Part shown: positions 1-8,686 of the stretch, in pieces
How the letters are laid out: every line of letters starts with the position of its first letter
Position numbering within the stretch: the first letter of the stretch is position 1
Assembly (NCBI GenBank): GCA_963697565.1
Contig: CAVOOM010000008.1
Location: 218,329 to 282,328, forward strand
DNA: 64,000 bases
Direction of reading: 5' to 3'
Source: an uncultured Actinomycetota bacterium
GTDB taxonomy: Bacteria > Actinomycetota > Actinomycetes > CAVWCF01
Program-made: the position numbers and the translations under genes
The notes under the pieces: generated by a model
What the model was told of the DNA's origin: nothing
What the model saw: only the letters and a program-made list of their open reading frames with translations
Database searches by the model: none

Positions 1-2021
1 CCGAGGCCCTGCGCGGACCGGTGTGCGTGCTCGCGGGCGCCGGCACCGGCAAGACCCGGGCGCTGACCCACCGGATCGCCCACGGGGTCTTGGCCGGCGA
101 GTACGCCCCCGGCCAGGTGCTGCCGGTGACCTTCTCGGTGCGCGCGGCCGGCGAGCTGCGCGACCGGCTGCGCACGCTAGGGGTCGGGGGGGTGCGTGCC
201 CGCACCTTCCACTCGGCCGCCCTCGCCCAGCTGAGGTACTTCTGGCCCCGCCACATCGGCGGCGAGCCGCCCCGGGTCGAGCCCAGCAAGGCCGCGCAGG
301 TGGTCACCGCCCTGGCCCGCCGCCGGATCGGCTCCGACCCGTCGCTGGTCCGCGACGTCTCCGGCGAGATCGAGTGGGCCAAGGTCAGCCAGATCACGCC
401 GGACTCCTACGCCGAGCAGGTCGCGGCGCTCGGCCGGGTTCCCGCCCCCAGCCTGGCCCCCGCCGAGATCGCGCGGGTCTACGCCGCGTACGAGGAGGTC
501 AAGCGCGACCGCGGAGTGCTCGACTTCGAGGACTGCCTGCTGCTGGCGGTCGGCATCCTCGACGAGCAGCCCGACGCGGCCCGCCAGGTGCGCGCCCAGT
601 ACCGCCACCTCGTGGTCGACGAGTTCCAGGACGTCAGCCCGCTGCAGCAGCGGCTGCTCGACCTCTGGCTCGGTGACCGCGACGACGTGTGCGTCGTCGG
701 AGACGCGAGCCAGACGATCTACTCCTTCGCCGGCGCGACCCCCCGCTTCCTGCTCGACTTCGAGTCCCGCTACCCGAGCGCCACCGTGGTGCGCCTGCAC
801 CGCGACTACCGCTCGACCCCGCAGGTGGTCGGGCTCGCCAACGCCGTGCTGGCGCCGGCCTCCGGCGCGGCCGCCCGCGCGCGGGTCACCCTGGTCGGCC
901 AGCGTCCGCCGGGACCGCAGCCGGTGCTGGCCGGCCACGCCGACGAGGCCGCCGAGGCGGCCTGGGTCGCCCAGCGGGTCAAGGCCCTGGCCACCCAGGG
1001 CGTGCCGCTGCGCGAGATCGCCGTGCTGTACCGCCTCAACGCCCAGTCCGAGGTGTACGAGGAGGCGCTCGCCGAGGCGGCGGTGCCCTATGTCGTGCGG
1101 GGCGGCCAGCGCTTCTTCGACCGGCCCGAGGTGCGCCAGGCGGTGACGCTGCTGCGTGGATCGGCCCGGGCGGGGGAGGGCGCGGGGGTGGCGCTGCCCG
1201 AGCAGGCGCGGGAGGTGCTGACCGTCGCGGGCTGGACCGCGCAGCCGCCGGCGGGCTCGGGCGCCGCGCGCGAGCGCTGGGAGTCGCTCGCGGCCCTCGC
1301 CGCGCTGGCCGAGGCGGTCGCCGCCGGCGACCCGCAGGCCGGGCTGACCGAACTCGTCGCCGAGCTCGACGAGCGGGCCTCCGCCCAGCACGCGCCCACG
1401 GCCGACGGCGTGACGCTGTCCACGATCCACGCGGCCAAGGGGCTGGAGTGGGACGCCGTCTTCGCGGTCGGTCTCATTGACGGGACGCTGCCGCTCGTCT
1501 TCGCCACCACCCCTGAGCAGATCGAGGAGGAGCGGCGCCTGCTCTACGTCGCCGTCACCCGAGCGCGTGAGCACCTCGCCGTGTCCTGGGGCCGCCGGCG
1601 GTCCGCTGGCGGGCGCGAACGGGCCCCCTCGCGATTCCTCGAGCCGCTCGGCCAAGGGGCGGCTGAGTCGCCGGCCGGGCGGGGCCGCGCCGCGAAGGGG
1701 CCGCGCGCGCCCACCGTCGTCCCGCGCTGCCGGGGCTGCGGGGCCGGGCTGACCGGCGGAGCCCAGCGCAAGCGAGGCCGCTGCGACCGGTGCCCACCCA
1801 CGTACGACGAGGCCCTGCTCGCCGGTCTCAAGGCGTGGCGCCTTGAGACCGCCAAGGCCGCGGCGGTGCCCGCGTACGTGGTCTTCACCGACGCCACCCT
1901 TGAGGCGATCGCCGAGCTGCGGCCCAAGACCCGAGCCGAGCTGGCGGGCGTCGGCGGCGTGGGCTCGGCCAAGCTGGAGCGCTACGCCGACGACGTCTTG
2001 CGGTTGGTCTCCGGCGAGTAG
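1..2021 (+). CDS. uvrD2: ATP-dependent DNA helicase UvrD2, 5' end outside window; SF1 helicase core, tetracysteine motif and C-terminal HRDC domain
   Basis: Reading frame open to window edge; Walker A GAGTGKT near start; CRGCG..CDRC tetra-Cys linker; HRDC-like tail (AWRLETAKAAAVPAYVVFTDATL); whiB7 adjacent as in M. tuberculosis Rv3198c/Rv3197A. Confidence 0.85.
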   Translation, partial: EALRGPVCVLAGAGTGKTRALTHRIAHGVLAGEYAPGQVLPVTFSVRAAGELRDRLRTLGVGGVRARTFHSAALAQLRYFWPRHIGGEPPRVEPSKAAQVVTALARRRIGSDPSLVRDVSGEIEWAKVSQITPDSYAEQVAALGRVPAPSLAPAEIARVYAAYEEVKRDRGVLDFEDCLLLAVGILDEQPDAARQVRAQYRHLVVDEFQDVSPLQQRLLDLWLGDRDDVCVVGDASQTIYSFAGATPRFLLDFESRYPSATVVRLHRDYRSTPQVVGLANAVLAPASGAAARARVTLVGQRPPGPQPVLAGHADEAAEAAWVAQRVKALATQGVPLREIAVLYRLNAQSEVYEEALAEAAVPYVVRGGQRFFDRPEVRQAVTLLRGSARAGEGAGVALPEQAREVLTVAGWTAQPPAGSGAARERWESLAALAALAEAVAAGDPQAGLTELVAELDERASAQHAPTADGVTLSTIHAAKGLEWDAVFAVGLIDGTLPLVFATTPEQIEEERRLLYVAVTRAREHLAVSWGRRRSAGGRERAPSRFLEPLGQGAAESPAGRGRAAKGPRAPTVVPRCRGCGAGLTGGAQRKRGRCDRCPPTYDEALLAGLKAWRLETAKAAAVPAYVVFTDATLEAIAELRPKTRAELAGVGGVGSAKLERYADDVLRLVSGE

Positions 2022-2136
2022 CCGCCCGTAATCCTGTTGCGCGTCTCGGTGCGCGCACCGTACGTTCGTCCGCAGGCGCCCGGCAGCGGGCGCGGTGACG
2101 TCCCTCGGGCGCCGCCCAAGCCGACCGGAGGTGAGC

Positions 2137-2229
2137 ATGGTGAAGACCACGACGCAGGCCGTCGCGCAGACCGCCGTGCCCGCGGGCCCGGCTGCCCTCG
2201 CGCCGTGCGAGCCTGGAGCCTTCGGCTGA
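2137..2229 (+). CDS. whiB7 leader uORF, 30 codons (MVKTTTQAVAQTAVPAGPAALAPCEPGAFG)
   Basis: ATG 7 nt after GGAGGT; lies in the 310-nt leader between the uvrD2 stop and whiB7; followed by a GC-rich hairpin, matching the known uORF/attenuator architecture of whiB7 leaders. Confidence 0.5.
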   Translation: MVKTTTQAVAQTAVPAGPAALAPCEPGAFG

Positions 2230-2252
2230 GCTGACGCTCGGCGCCGAACTCC

Positions 2253-2284
2253 AGGCCGCGGCCCCCTTGGGGACCGCGGCCTTT
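2253..2284 (+). terminator. GC-rich hairpin (aggccgcggccccc ttgg ggaccgcggcct) with short T run; putative attenuator in whiB7 leader
   Basis: ~11-bp stem with 4-nt loop immediately downstream of the uORF stop, 48 nt upstream of the whiB7 start. Confidence 0.4.
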
Positions 2285-2331
2285 GCGCGTCCCGCCCGCC
2301 TTTCCCCACACCGCACCGGGAGGTGCCCGTC

Positions 2332-2640
2332 ATGTCCGTTGCCATGTCCGTCGTGCTGGACCTGCCTGACATCGCTCAGGCGGCCTGCCGGACCGCCGAT
2401 CCGGAGGTCTTCTTCCCGCAGACCCCCGCCGGTGTGCAGTACGCCAAGTCGCTCTGCCAGGGCTGCCCGATCCGCGTCGAGTGCCTGGCCGGCGCCGTCG
2501 GGCGCCAGGAGCCGTGGGGGGTCTGGGGCGGGGAGTGGTTCGAGCGCGGCCAGGTCGTCGCGGCCAAGCGTCCCCGCGGCCGCCCCCGCAAGGAGGCATC
2601 CGCCCGTTGGGGGCTCGCGGAGGCTAGCGTCGGCGCGTGA
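2332..2640 (+). CDS. whiB7: WhiB7-family transcriptional activator (WhiB-like 4Cys Fe-S protein with C-terminal AT-hook)
   Basis: Cys pattern C..CxxC..C; EPWGVWGGEWF motif; C-terminal KRPRGRPRK AT-hook; GGGAGG 8 nt before ATG 2332 (ORF track shows an upstream GTG at 2323). Confidence 0.9.
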   Translation: MSVAMSVVLDLPDIAQAACRTADPEVFFPQTPAGVQYAKSLCQGCPIRVECLAGAVGRQEPWGVWGGEWFERGQVVAAKRPRGRPRKEASARWGLAEASVGA

Positions 2641-4145
2641 CCCCTGCGGGCGCCGAGGCGCCTTCCGCCGCCGACCTGTCCCGAGCCGTCGACGTCCTGC
2701 GCGCCGAGGCGCTGGCGGCGATCGTCGATCTGGTGGCCTGGCCCGAGCGCGACGGCTCGGGCCGGGTCGAGGCCGTGGTCGTCGCCAACCACGCCGGGAG
2801 CAGCCGGCTGCGCGTCGGGGCCCCTCATGAGGTGCTCGACGGGCGGGACCCGGTGGCCGACACCGACCCGCTGCGGTTCGCCACGTACGAGGAGGTCGTC
2901 GCCGACCCCTCGCCGCCCAACGAGCGCAACGCCTACCCGCTGCCCGCCGAGCGGCTGTCGTCGCTGTTCTCCGAGGCGCGGGCCCCGGACCTCGCGGTCG
3001 TGCACTCCCCGCGGCACTACTTCGCCGACCGCGGCGGCCACCTCGGCGAGCACGGGTCGCTGGACGTCATCCAGTCGCGGGCCCCCCTGCTGCTGTCCGG
3101 GTACGGCGTGGGCCAGCGCGGCATCCTGGCGGCCCATGCCCGCACCGTTGACGTGGGGCCCACCCTGGCCGCCTGCAGCGGCGTGCCGACCGAGGCGCTG
3201 GCCGGACTCGACGGCCGGGTCTTGTCGGAGTACGTGGATGCCGGGGCCCGCCACGTCGTGGGGATCCTGTGGGACGGCGCCCCCAGCGCCGACCTGCTGC
3301 ACCACGCGGGCACCGGACTGCTGCCCAACGTCGCGCGGCTGCTGGAGCGCGGGCTCGCCCTGCAGGGCGGGGCGGTCGCGGAGTTCCCCAGCATCACCCT
3401 GTGCAACCACACCTCGCTGCTGACGGGCCTCGGCCCGGGCCGGCACGGGGTGATCGGCAACGTGTTCTACGACCGGGCGGCCGGGGCGGTCGTCGTCCCG
3501 AACGACGCCAGCACCTGGCACCGCAGCGCCGACTGGTTCCGCGACGAGGTGGTGACGGTCTTCGAGCAGGTGGCCCGCCACCGTCCTGGCGCGATCACCG
3601 CGAGCATCGACGAGCCGGTCGACCGCGGGGCCACCCACTCCACGATGGGGCTCATCCGGGCGGGCGAGCAGACCGCGGGCCGGGACGTGGGCGGGGCCAA
3701 GGCCTTGGCGGCCCAGCTGCCAAGCCCGCTGGAGTCCCCGTACGCCACCCGCGAGTTCGTGGTGGCCGACGCCGACTACGCCTGGAACAGCCAGATCGAC
3801 GACGCCGGGCTGGCCCAGGCGCTCGGCCTGTGGGAGCGCGCGGACTCCGCGCCCGCGCTCACCTGGTGGAGCCACATCGTCACCGACGCCGGCCACCACG
3901 CGGGCGGGCCGCGCTCGCCCATCGCGGTCGCCTCGCTCATCGACGCCGACCGCCGCCTCGGGGTCTTCCTGGACCACCTCGAGGCGATCGGCCTGCTCGA
4001 CGAGACGACCGTCCTGCTCACGGCCGACCACGGTTTCGAGGGCGCCGACCCCGGCTGCACCGGTGACTGGGTGCCGGCCCTTGAGGCGGCGGGGGTCGCG
4101 GTGCAGGACCACGGCCCGGGCTTCCTCTACCTGGGCGCGCCGTGA
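2637..4145 (+). CDS. Alkaline-phosphatase-superfamily nucleotide pyrophosphatase/phosphodiesterase (NPP/type I phosphodiesterase family)
   Basis: GILWDGAPSADLL, NHTSLLTGLGPGRHGVIGN and LTADHGFEG motifs typical of NPP-family enzymes; GTG start overlaps the whiB7 stop (GTGA). Confidence 0.75.
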   Translation: MTPAGAEAPSAADLSRAVDVLRAEALAAIVDLVAWPERDGSGRVEAVVVANHAGSSRLRVGAPHEVLDGRDPVADTDPLRFATYEEVVADPSPPNERNAYPLPAERLSSLFSEARAPDLAVVHSPRHYFADRGGHLGEHGSLDVIQSRAPLLLSGYGVGQRGILAAHARTVDVGPTLAACSGVPTEALAGLDGRVLSEYVDAGARHVVGILWDGAPSADLLHHAGTGLLPNVARLLERGLALQGGAVAEFPSITLCNHTSLLTGLGPGRHGVIGNVFYDRAAGAVVVPNDASTWHRSADWFRDEVVTVFEQVARHRPGAITASIDEPVDRGATHSTMGLIRAGEQTAGRDVGGAKALAAQLPSPLESPYATREFVVADADYAWNSQIDDAGLAQALGLWERADSAPALTWWSHIVTDAGHHAGGPRSPIAVASLIDADRRLGVFLDHLEAIGLLDETTVLLTADHGFEGADPGCTGDWVPALEAAGVAVQDHGPGFLYLGAP

Positions 4146-4300
4146 CGGCCTGCGCCTGGTGCGGCGCCGTGGCGCCGGAGCAGCCGCCGCTCACCTGGAC
4201 GTACTCGGTGGAGTCCGGCCGGGCGCTGTGGTACTGCGACCGGTGCGCCCGCGACCACCTGCGCGCCATCGAGGGGAAACTCGACTCGGAGTACTTCTGA
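4142..4300 (+). CDS. Small zinc-ribbon protein (52 aa; CAWCG...CDRC), not in the supplied ORF track
   Basis: GTG start overlapping the phosphodiesterase stop (GTGA), open to TGA at 4298-4300; two CxxC pairs; protein-like composition in a high-GC frame. Confidence 0.45.
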   Translation: MTACAWCGAVAPEQPPLTWTYSVESGRALWYCDRCARDHLRAIEGKLDSEYF

Positions 4301-4307
4301 CGGTCGG

Positions 4308-5621
4308 CTACTCGTCGGCGAAGCCGGGGAGCCAGCGCTCCATCTCGGGGCGCGTCGACACCTCCGCCTCAAGCTGGCAGAGCACCCCGATCCCGCCCAT
4401 CCAGACCCGGTGGATCAGCACGTACGACGGGGGCAGGTTGAGCTTGAGGGCCAGCGAGAAGCCCTCCCGGCGCGGATCGCTGATCCGGGCGGCCTCGGCG
4501 CGCAGCCAGGCGCGGCTGAAGGTGAACGAGTCGTGGCGGGCGGGTTCGACGAAGGGGTCGAGGTAGTCCAGCAGCTCTTGGGCGTCAAGGCGCATCGTCG
4601 GCTTGACGAAGCCCTCGTCCCGCAGCCCGTCGAGCACCGAGTCCGCGCGGCCGTCGAGCGCGATGGCAAGCAGCCGCCCGATCGAGGTCGGCAGCCCCTC
4701 GGGCAGCCGGTTGACCGCGCCGTAGTCGAGGACGCCGAGCCGACCGTCCGGGGTGATCCGGAAGTTGCCGGGGTGCGGGTCGGCGTGCAGCAGCGACGCC
4801 TGGGCGGGTCCGGCGAACATGAAGCGCAGGTAGAGCTGGCCCGCGAGGTCGCGCTCCTCCTTGGTGCCCTCGACGATGACACCCGACAGCGGCCGGCCCT
4901 CCAGCCACTCGGAGACCAGCACCGTGGCGGTTCCGTGCACCGGTTCGGGGATGGCGAAGTCCGGGCTGCCGCGGAAGGCGTCGGCGAACGCCTGCTGCGC
5001 CTCGGCCTCGAGGGAGTAGTCCAGCTCTTCGACGATCCGCTCGCGCAGCTCGGCCGTGATCGCGCGGACGTCGAGGCCGGGGACGAGGCCGCCGAAGACG
5101 CGGGCCAGCCGCCCGACCTGGACGAGGTCGGACATCAGGGCCTCGCCGGCGCCGGGGTACTGGATCTTGACGGCCACCGGACGCCCGTCCGCCCACACGG
5201 CGCGGTGCACCTGGCCGATCGAGGCCGCGGCCGCTGGGGTGTCGTCGAAGGACTCGAACCTCGACCGCCAGCGCCGCCCGAGCTGCTCGGCCAGCACCGC
5301 GTGGACCTCGCGGGCGGGCAGCGGCGGGGCGGCCTCCTGCAGGCGGGTCAGCGTGACGCGGTACGGCTCGGCCATCTCCTCCGGCAGGGCCGCCTCCAGG
5401 ATCGACATCGCCTGGCCGACCTTCATGGCGCCGCCCTTGAGCTCGCCGAGGACCGCGAACAACTGCTCGGCGGTGCGCTGCTGCAGCTCGGCGGCGACCG
5501 CCTCGGCGGGCTTGCCGCCGATCCGCTTGCCCAGGCCCAGCGCGGTCCGCCCGGCGTACCCCAACGGGAGCGTCGCGAGCTTGGCGGAGCGCGCCACCGC
5601 CTTGCGCGGCAGGTCGGTCAT
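4308..5621 (-). CDS. ABC1/UbiB-family atypical protein kinase (Rv3197-like)
   Basis: 437-aa ORF; AASIGQVHRA, VAVKIQYPG and HADPHPGN motifs of the ABC1 kinase family; syntenic neighbour of whiB7. Confidence 0.85.
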   Translation of the reverse strand: MTDLPRKAVARSAKLATLPLGYAGRTALGLGKRIGGKPAEAVAAELQQRTAEQLFAVLGELKGGAMKVGQAMSILEAALPEEMAEPYRVTLTRLQEAAPPLPAREVHAVLAEQLGRRWRSRFESFDDTPAAAASIGQVHRAVWADGRPVAVKIQYPGAGEALMSDLVQVGRLARVFGGLVPGLDVRAITAELRERIVEELDYSLEAEAQQAFADAFRGSPDFAIPEPVHGTATVLVSEWLEGRPLSGVIVEGTKEERDLAGQLYLRFMFAGPAQASLLHADPHPGNFRITPDGRLGVLDYGAVNRLPEGLPTSIGRLLAIALDGRADSVLDGLRDEGFVKPTMRLDAQELLDYLDPFVEPARHDSFTFSRAWLRAEAARISDPRREGFSLALKLNLPPSYVLIHRVWMGGIGVLCQLEAEVSTRPEMERWLPGFADE

Positions 5622-5652
5622 GGCCGGCTGGCCGATCGGGGCGGAGAAGGGG

Positions 5653-6744
5653 TCACCCGGCCATTGTCAGGGCGCCGCGGTCCCATTGGCACCCGCAGGA
5701 GCCATGGGGTTGCCACGACAGGCGCTGGGGGAGGCCCCCCGGCAGCCGCAGGACCAGCCCGCGGCCGGCGAGCTCGGCGCGGCCGCCGAGCGCGGTGGCG
5801 TCGAGGTGGTCCAGCGCCGCGAGCGCGGCGTGGGCCGCGGCGGCGGCGGCCAGGGCCCCGTCCACTCCGGGATCCCCGGTGGGCGGCGCCGCCGTGAGCT
5901 GGGCGGCGACGGACGGCCACGCCGGGTCGCGGTCGCGCCGGTGGGCGTCGACGCAGCGCAGGCAGGCGGTCCGTCCGGGCAGCACGAGCGGCCCGATCCA
6001 GGCCGTGGCATCGAGCACCTGCAGCGGAAGATGCGGGATCCCGGCCCGGACCAGCTCATCGGCGGCGTCCGAGGTGCCGCGGTCGGTGAGCAGGACGAGG
6101 TCGGGGTCGCCGGAGAGGTCGCGCCGGGTGCGCGGCGCGTGCCGGCGGTACGCCGCGATCGCGGCCTCGGCGCGGGGCTGGCCCACGTGCTCAAGCGAGA
6201 GGCCGCCGGCGCCGACGTCGACGCCCCGGGTCTCCCGGCCGTCGCAGACCCGCACCGCCCCCACCCCGGCGGCGGCCAGCAGGCCGGCCAGCGCCGCCCC
6301 CGCCCGCCCCGCCCCCCGCACCTCGACACGGGCCGCCGACCGCGCGGCGGCGACGGCGACGGCGACCCCGCGACCGGGCCGGACGAAGGAGGCGGCGGCG
6401 AGGTCGGGCGCGAGCCGATCGCGGTCGGCCCGGGCGATCGCCCGCAAGGCCGCGGCGTCGACCGCGGCGTCATCGAGCACCCCCGCGTCGTCGAGGACGT
6501 CGAGGAGCCGCTCGGCCTCGGCCGCCGACCAGCCGCGCTCGCGGGCGGCCGCGATGAAGCCGTCTCGGTCGGTCGAGCCGTCGAGCCGCCCGAGCAGCAC
6601 CGTGGCATCGGGGGACATGCCGGCCAGCACCCGCGCGCGGGCGGGGTCGGCCCCGATCTGCAGGGTGGCCGGGTCGCGCCACGCGCGGCGCAGCGCCTTG
6701 AGGATCGGGCGGCGGATGACCGGATGGGCGCGGGCGGCGGGCAT
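5653..6744 (-). CDS. ThiF/MoeB-like (E1-type) nucleotide-binding domain protein with CxxC motif
   Basis: Gly-rich Rossmann motif GAGRAGAALAGLLAAAGVGAVRVCD and CLRC; start taken at MPAARAH (ATG 6744); the track's 623-aa ORF extends upstream in an R/G-rich junk frame overlapping the M20 gene. Confidence 0.5.
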   Translation of the reverse strand: MPAARAHPVIRRPILKALRRAWRDPATLQIGADPARARVLAGMSPDATVLLGRLDGSTDRDGFIAAARERGWSAAEAERLLDVLDDAGVLDDAAVDAAALRAIARADRDRLAPDLAAASFVRPGRGVAVAVAAARSAARVEVRGAGRAGAALAGLLAAAGVGAVRVCDGRETRGVDVGAGGLSLEHVGQPRAEAAIAAYRRHAPRTRRDLSGDPDLVLLTDRGTSDAADELVRAGIPHLPLQVLDATAWIGPLVLPGRTACLRCVDAHRRDRDPAWPSVAAQLTAAPPTGDPGVDGALAAAAAAHAALAALDHLDATALGGRAELAGRGLVLRLPGGLPQRLSWQPHGSCGCQWDRGALTMAG

Positions 6745-6803
6745 GCGGCCACGGTGCCCGCCCGCCCCTGTGGATCGCTGGCGCGATCCCCAGCCCGCAC
6801 CTG

Positions 6804-8153
6804 CTAGGAGGCCGCGCCGCACCAGCCCACGGCCAGCAGGGCGAGGGCCCGGGCGCAGCGCGCGACGTCGGCCAGGGCCACCGACTCGTCGGGCGCGTGG
6901 GCCTCGGCCGAGTCTCCCGGCCCGTACTGCACCGTCGGGATCCCGCCGATGCCCGTGAGCAGCCGCAGATCGGAGCCGTACGGCGCGCCCAGCGCCACCG
7001 GCGCCGCGCCGCCGGCGTCCTGGTGCGCCGACGCGAGCGCCGCGAGCAAGGGGTGCTGGGGATCCGTGCGGCCCGACGCGAACTGCCCGCCCCACCACTC
7101 GACCTCGACGGGATGGGCGGCCAGCCACGGGTCCCCCGCGCACGCCGCGGCGACAGCCGCCTCGAAGGCCGTCCGCGCCTCGTCCACGGGCTCGCCGAGC
7201 GCGACCCCGTACCGGCCCTCGGCGACCAGCAGGTCGGGCACGCTGCTGGCCCAATCGCCGGCCGACACGCGCCCGACCGACAGGGGGTAGGCCAGCGGCC
7301 AGCTGGCCAGCAGCGGGTCGACCGAGGCGTTGCGGCGCTCCTCCAGGGCGCGTAGGGCCGCCAGCACCGTCGGGAGGTGGTCGAGGACGCTCACCCCCTC
7401 CGTGCGGCGGGACGCATGCGTGCTGCTGCCCCGCAGGGTCAGCCGAAACGTGAGGGCGCCGGCGTTGGCCGCCACGAGGTCGAGCCCGGTGGGCTCGGGA
7501 ATCACGCAGCCGTCGGCCCGCCACCCGCGCCGCAGCACCCCGTACGTGCCGAGCCCGCCGTCCTCCTCGCCGACCACGGGCGCCAGCAGGATGTCTCCGG
7601 CCAACCGGGCCCCCGACCGGGCCGCCGCGGACACGGCGGCCACCGCGAGGCAGGCGGCGGCCAGGCCGCCCTTCATGTCGCAGGCCCCCCGGCCGACCAG
7701 CCGGCGCTCGTCGCCGGTCCCGCGGTACGTCGGCGTGAACGGCGGCGAGGTCCAGGCGCGGGGGTCACCGACGGGGACCACGTCGGTATGCGCGTTCAGG
7801 AGCAGGGAGCGCCCGCCGCCAGACCCCGGCAGCCGCGCGACCACGCCCCAGGCCTCGGTGCGGGCGACCTCGCTGCCGGGGAACCCGGGCTCGGCGGCGA
7901 GGCCCGCGAGGTCGAGCGGCCAGCGGTCCACCTCGAGGCCGAGGTCGTCGAGGCGCTCGGCGAGCACGTGCTGGATGTCGGATTCCGCCGGCGTCCCCCC
8001 GACGCTGGGGATCGCCACCAGCGAGGCGAGCAGGTCGTCCAGGCCGGGCAGCAGCCGCGCGAGGGCCGCCTCGACCGCGGCGCGGGGGTCGGTCACCCGG
8101 CGATCCTGCCGCACCGCGTGGGTCGGCGGGCCGGTTCGCGGGGACCCGGACAT
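6804..8153 (-). CDS. M20-family metallopeptidase (ArgE/DapE/succinyl-diaminopimelate desuccinylase-like)
   Basis: NAHTDVVP, GRGACDMKGG and EEDGG motifs; start uncertain (8168, 8153 or an internal GTG). Confidence 0.8.
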   Translation of the reverse strand: MSGSPRTGPPTHAVRQDRRVTDPRAAVEAALARLLPGLDDLLASLVAIPSVGGTPAESDIQHVLAERLDDLGLEVDRWPLDLAGLAAEPGFPGSEVARTEAWGVVARLPGSGGGRSLLLNAHTDVVPVGDPRAWTSPPFTPTYRGTGDERRLVGRGACDMKGGLAAACLAVAAVSAAARSGARLAGDILLAPVVGEEDGGLGTYGVLRRGWRADGCVIPEPTGLDLVAANAGALTFRLTLRGSSTHASRRTEGVSVLDHLPTVLAALRALEERRNASVDPLLASWPLAYPLSVGRVSAGDWASSVPDLLVAEGRYGVALGEPVDEARTAFEAAVAAACAGDPWLAAHPVEVEWWGGQFASGRTDPQHPLLAALASAHQDAGGAAPVALGAPYGSDLRLLTGIGGIPTVQYGPGDSAEAHAPDESVALADVARCARALALLAVGWCGAAS

Positions 8154-8223
8154 GGGTGAGGGCGGCACCCCTGATGGGGTGCCGCCCTCGTCGTCCCTGC
8201 GGGCCGAAACAGCCGGGGCTGGT

Positions 8224-8382
8224 TCAGGCCTTGCCGAGGATGCGGTTGACGGTGGTGCCGCAGACCGGGCAGGTGCCCTTGGCCATCCGGCGCCCAGAGT
8301 CGCTCACCTTGACCTCGCCGGTGAACTCCCGCTTCGCCTTGCACTTCACGCAGTACGCCTCGCCGGTGTAGCTCTCAGCCAT
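8224..8382 (-). CDS. Small zinc-ribbon protein (52 aa; CVKCK...CPVCG)
   Basis: GGGGAGG 6 nt upstream of ATG 8382; two CxxC pairs; the C-terminal part of an 89-aa track ORF whose N-terminus is junk. Confidence 0.5.
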   Translation of the reverse strand: MAESYTGEAYCVKCKAKREFTGEVKVSDSGRRMAKGTCPVCGTTVNRILGKA

Positions 8383-8686
8383 CGAGGGCCTCCCCTGTCG
8401 AACGGTCATCTGATGGTGCTGCCGCCGGAGGTGCTCTGGCTGCGGGGCGAACCATACGCGAGTCGCGGGCGCAATGGCGGGAGGTGGCCTCACTCACGCG
8501 GGTCGGGCCGTACGCGGGGCACGCCGGCCCGGGACGAGACGAGGCCCCCAGGGCGCACGCCCGGGTCGTCCGACTTCCCCTTTCGGACGACCCCGGCGAG
8601 TTCTCCCGGGGGCCTCGGTGCGGTCGTGAACCTAGGCGGGCACTCGGGGGGCGCGTCAAGCCAACCGGCCGAATCCGACGCCCAGC

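Noticed and set aside
177-2372. 731-aa minus-strand ORF antisense to uvrD2, and similar long antisense or overlapping ORFs (2376-4112, 4410-5897, 9232-11499, 11461-13710, 14910-16109, 20862-22628, 26243-28912, 55222-60129)
   Set aside because: R/G/P-rich low-complexity translations typical of open non-coding frames in >70% GC DNA. Each overlaps a well-supported gene on the other strand or frame.
5653-7524. 623-aa ORF as the true extent of the ThiF-like gene
   Set aside because: The first 260 aa are G/R-rich junk overlapping the M20 peptidase gene in another frame. Protein-like sequence begins at MPAARAHPVIRR (ATG 6744).
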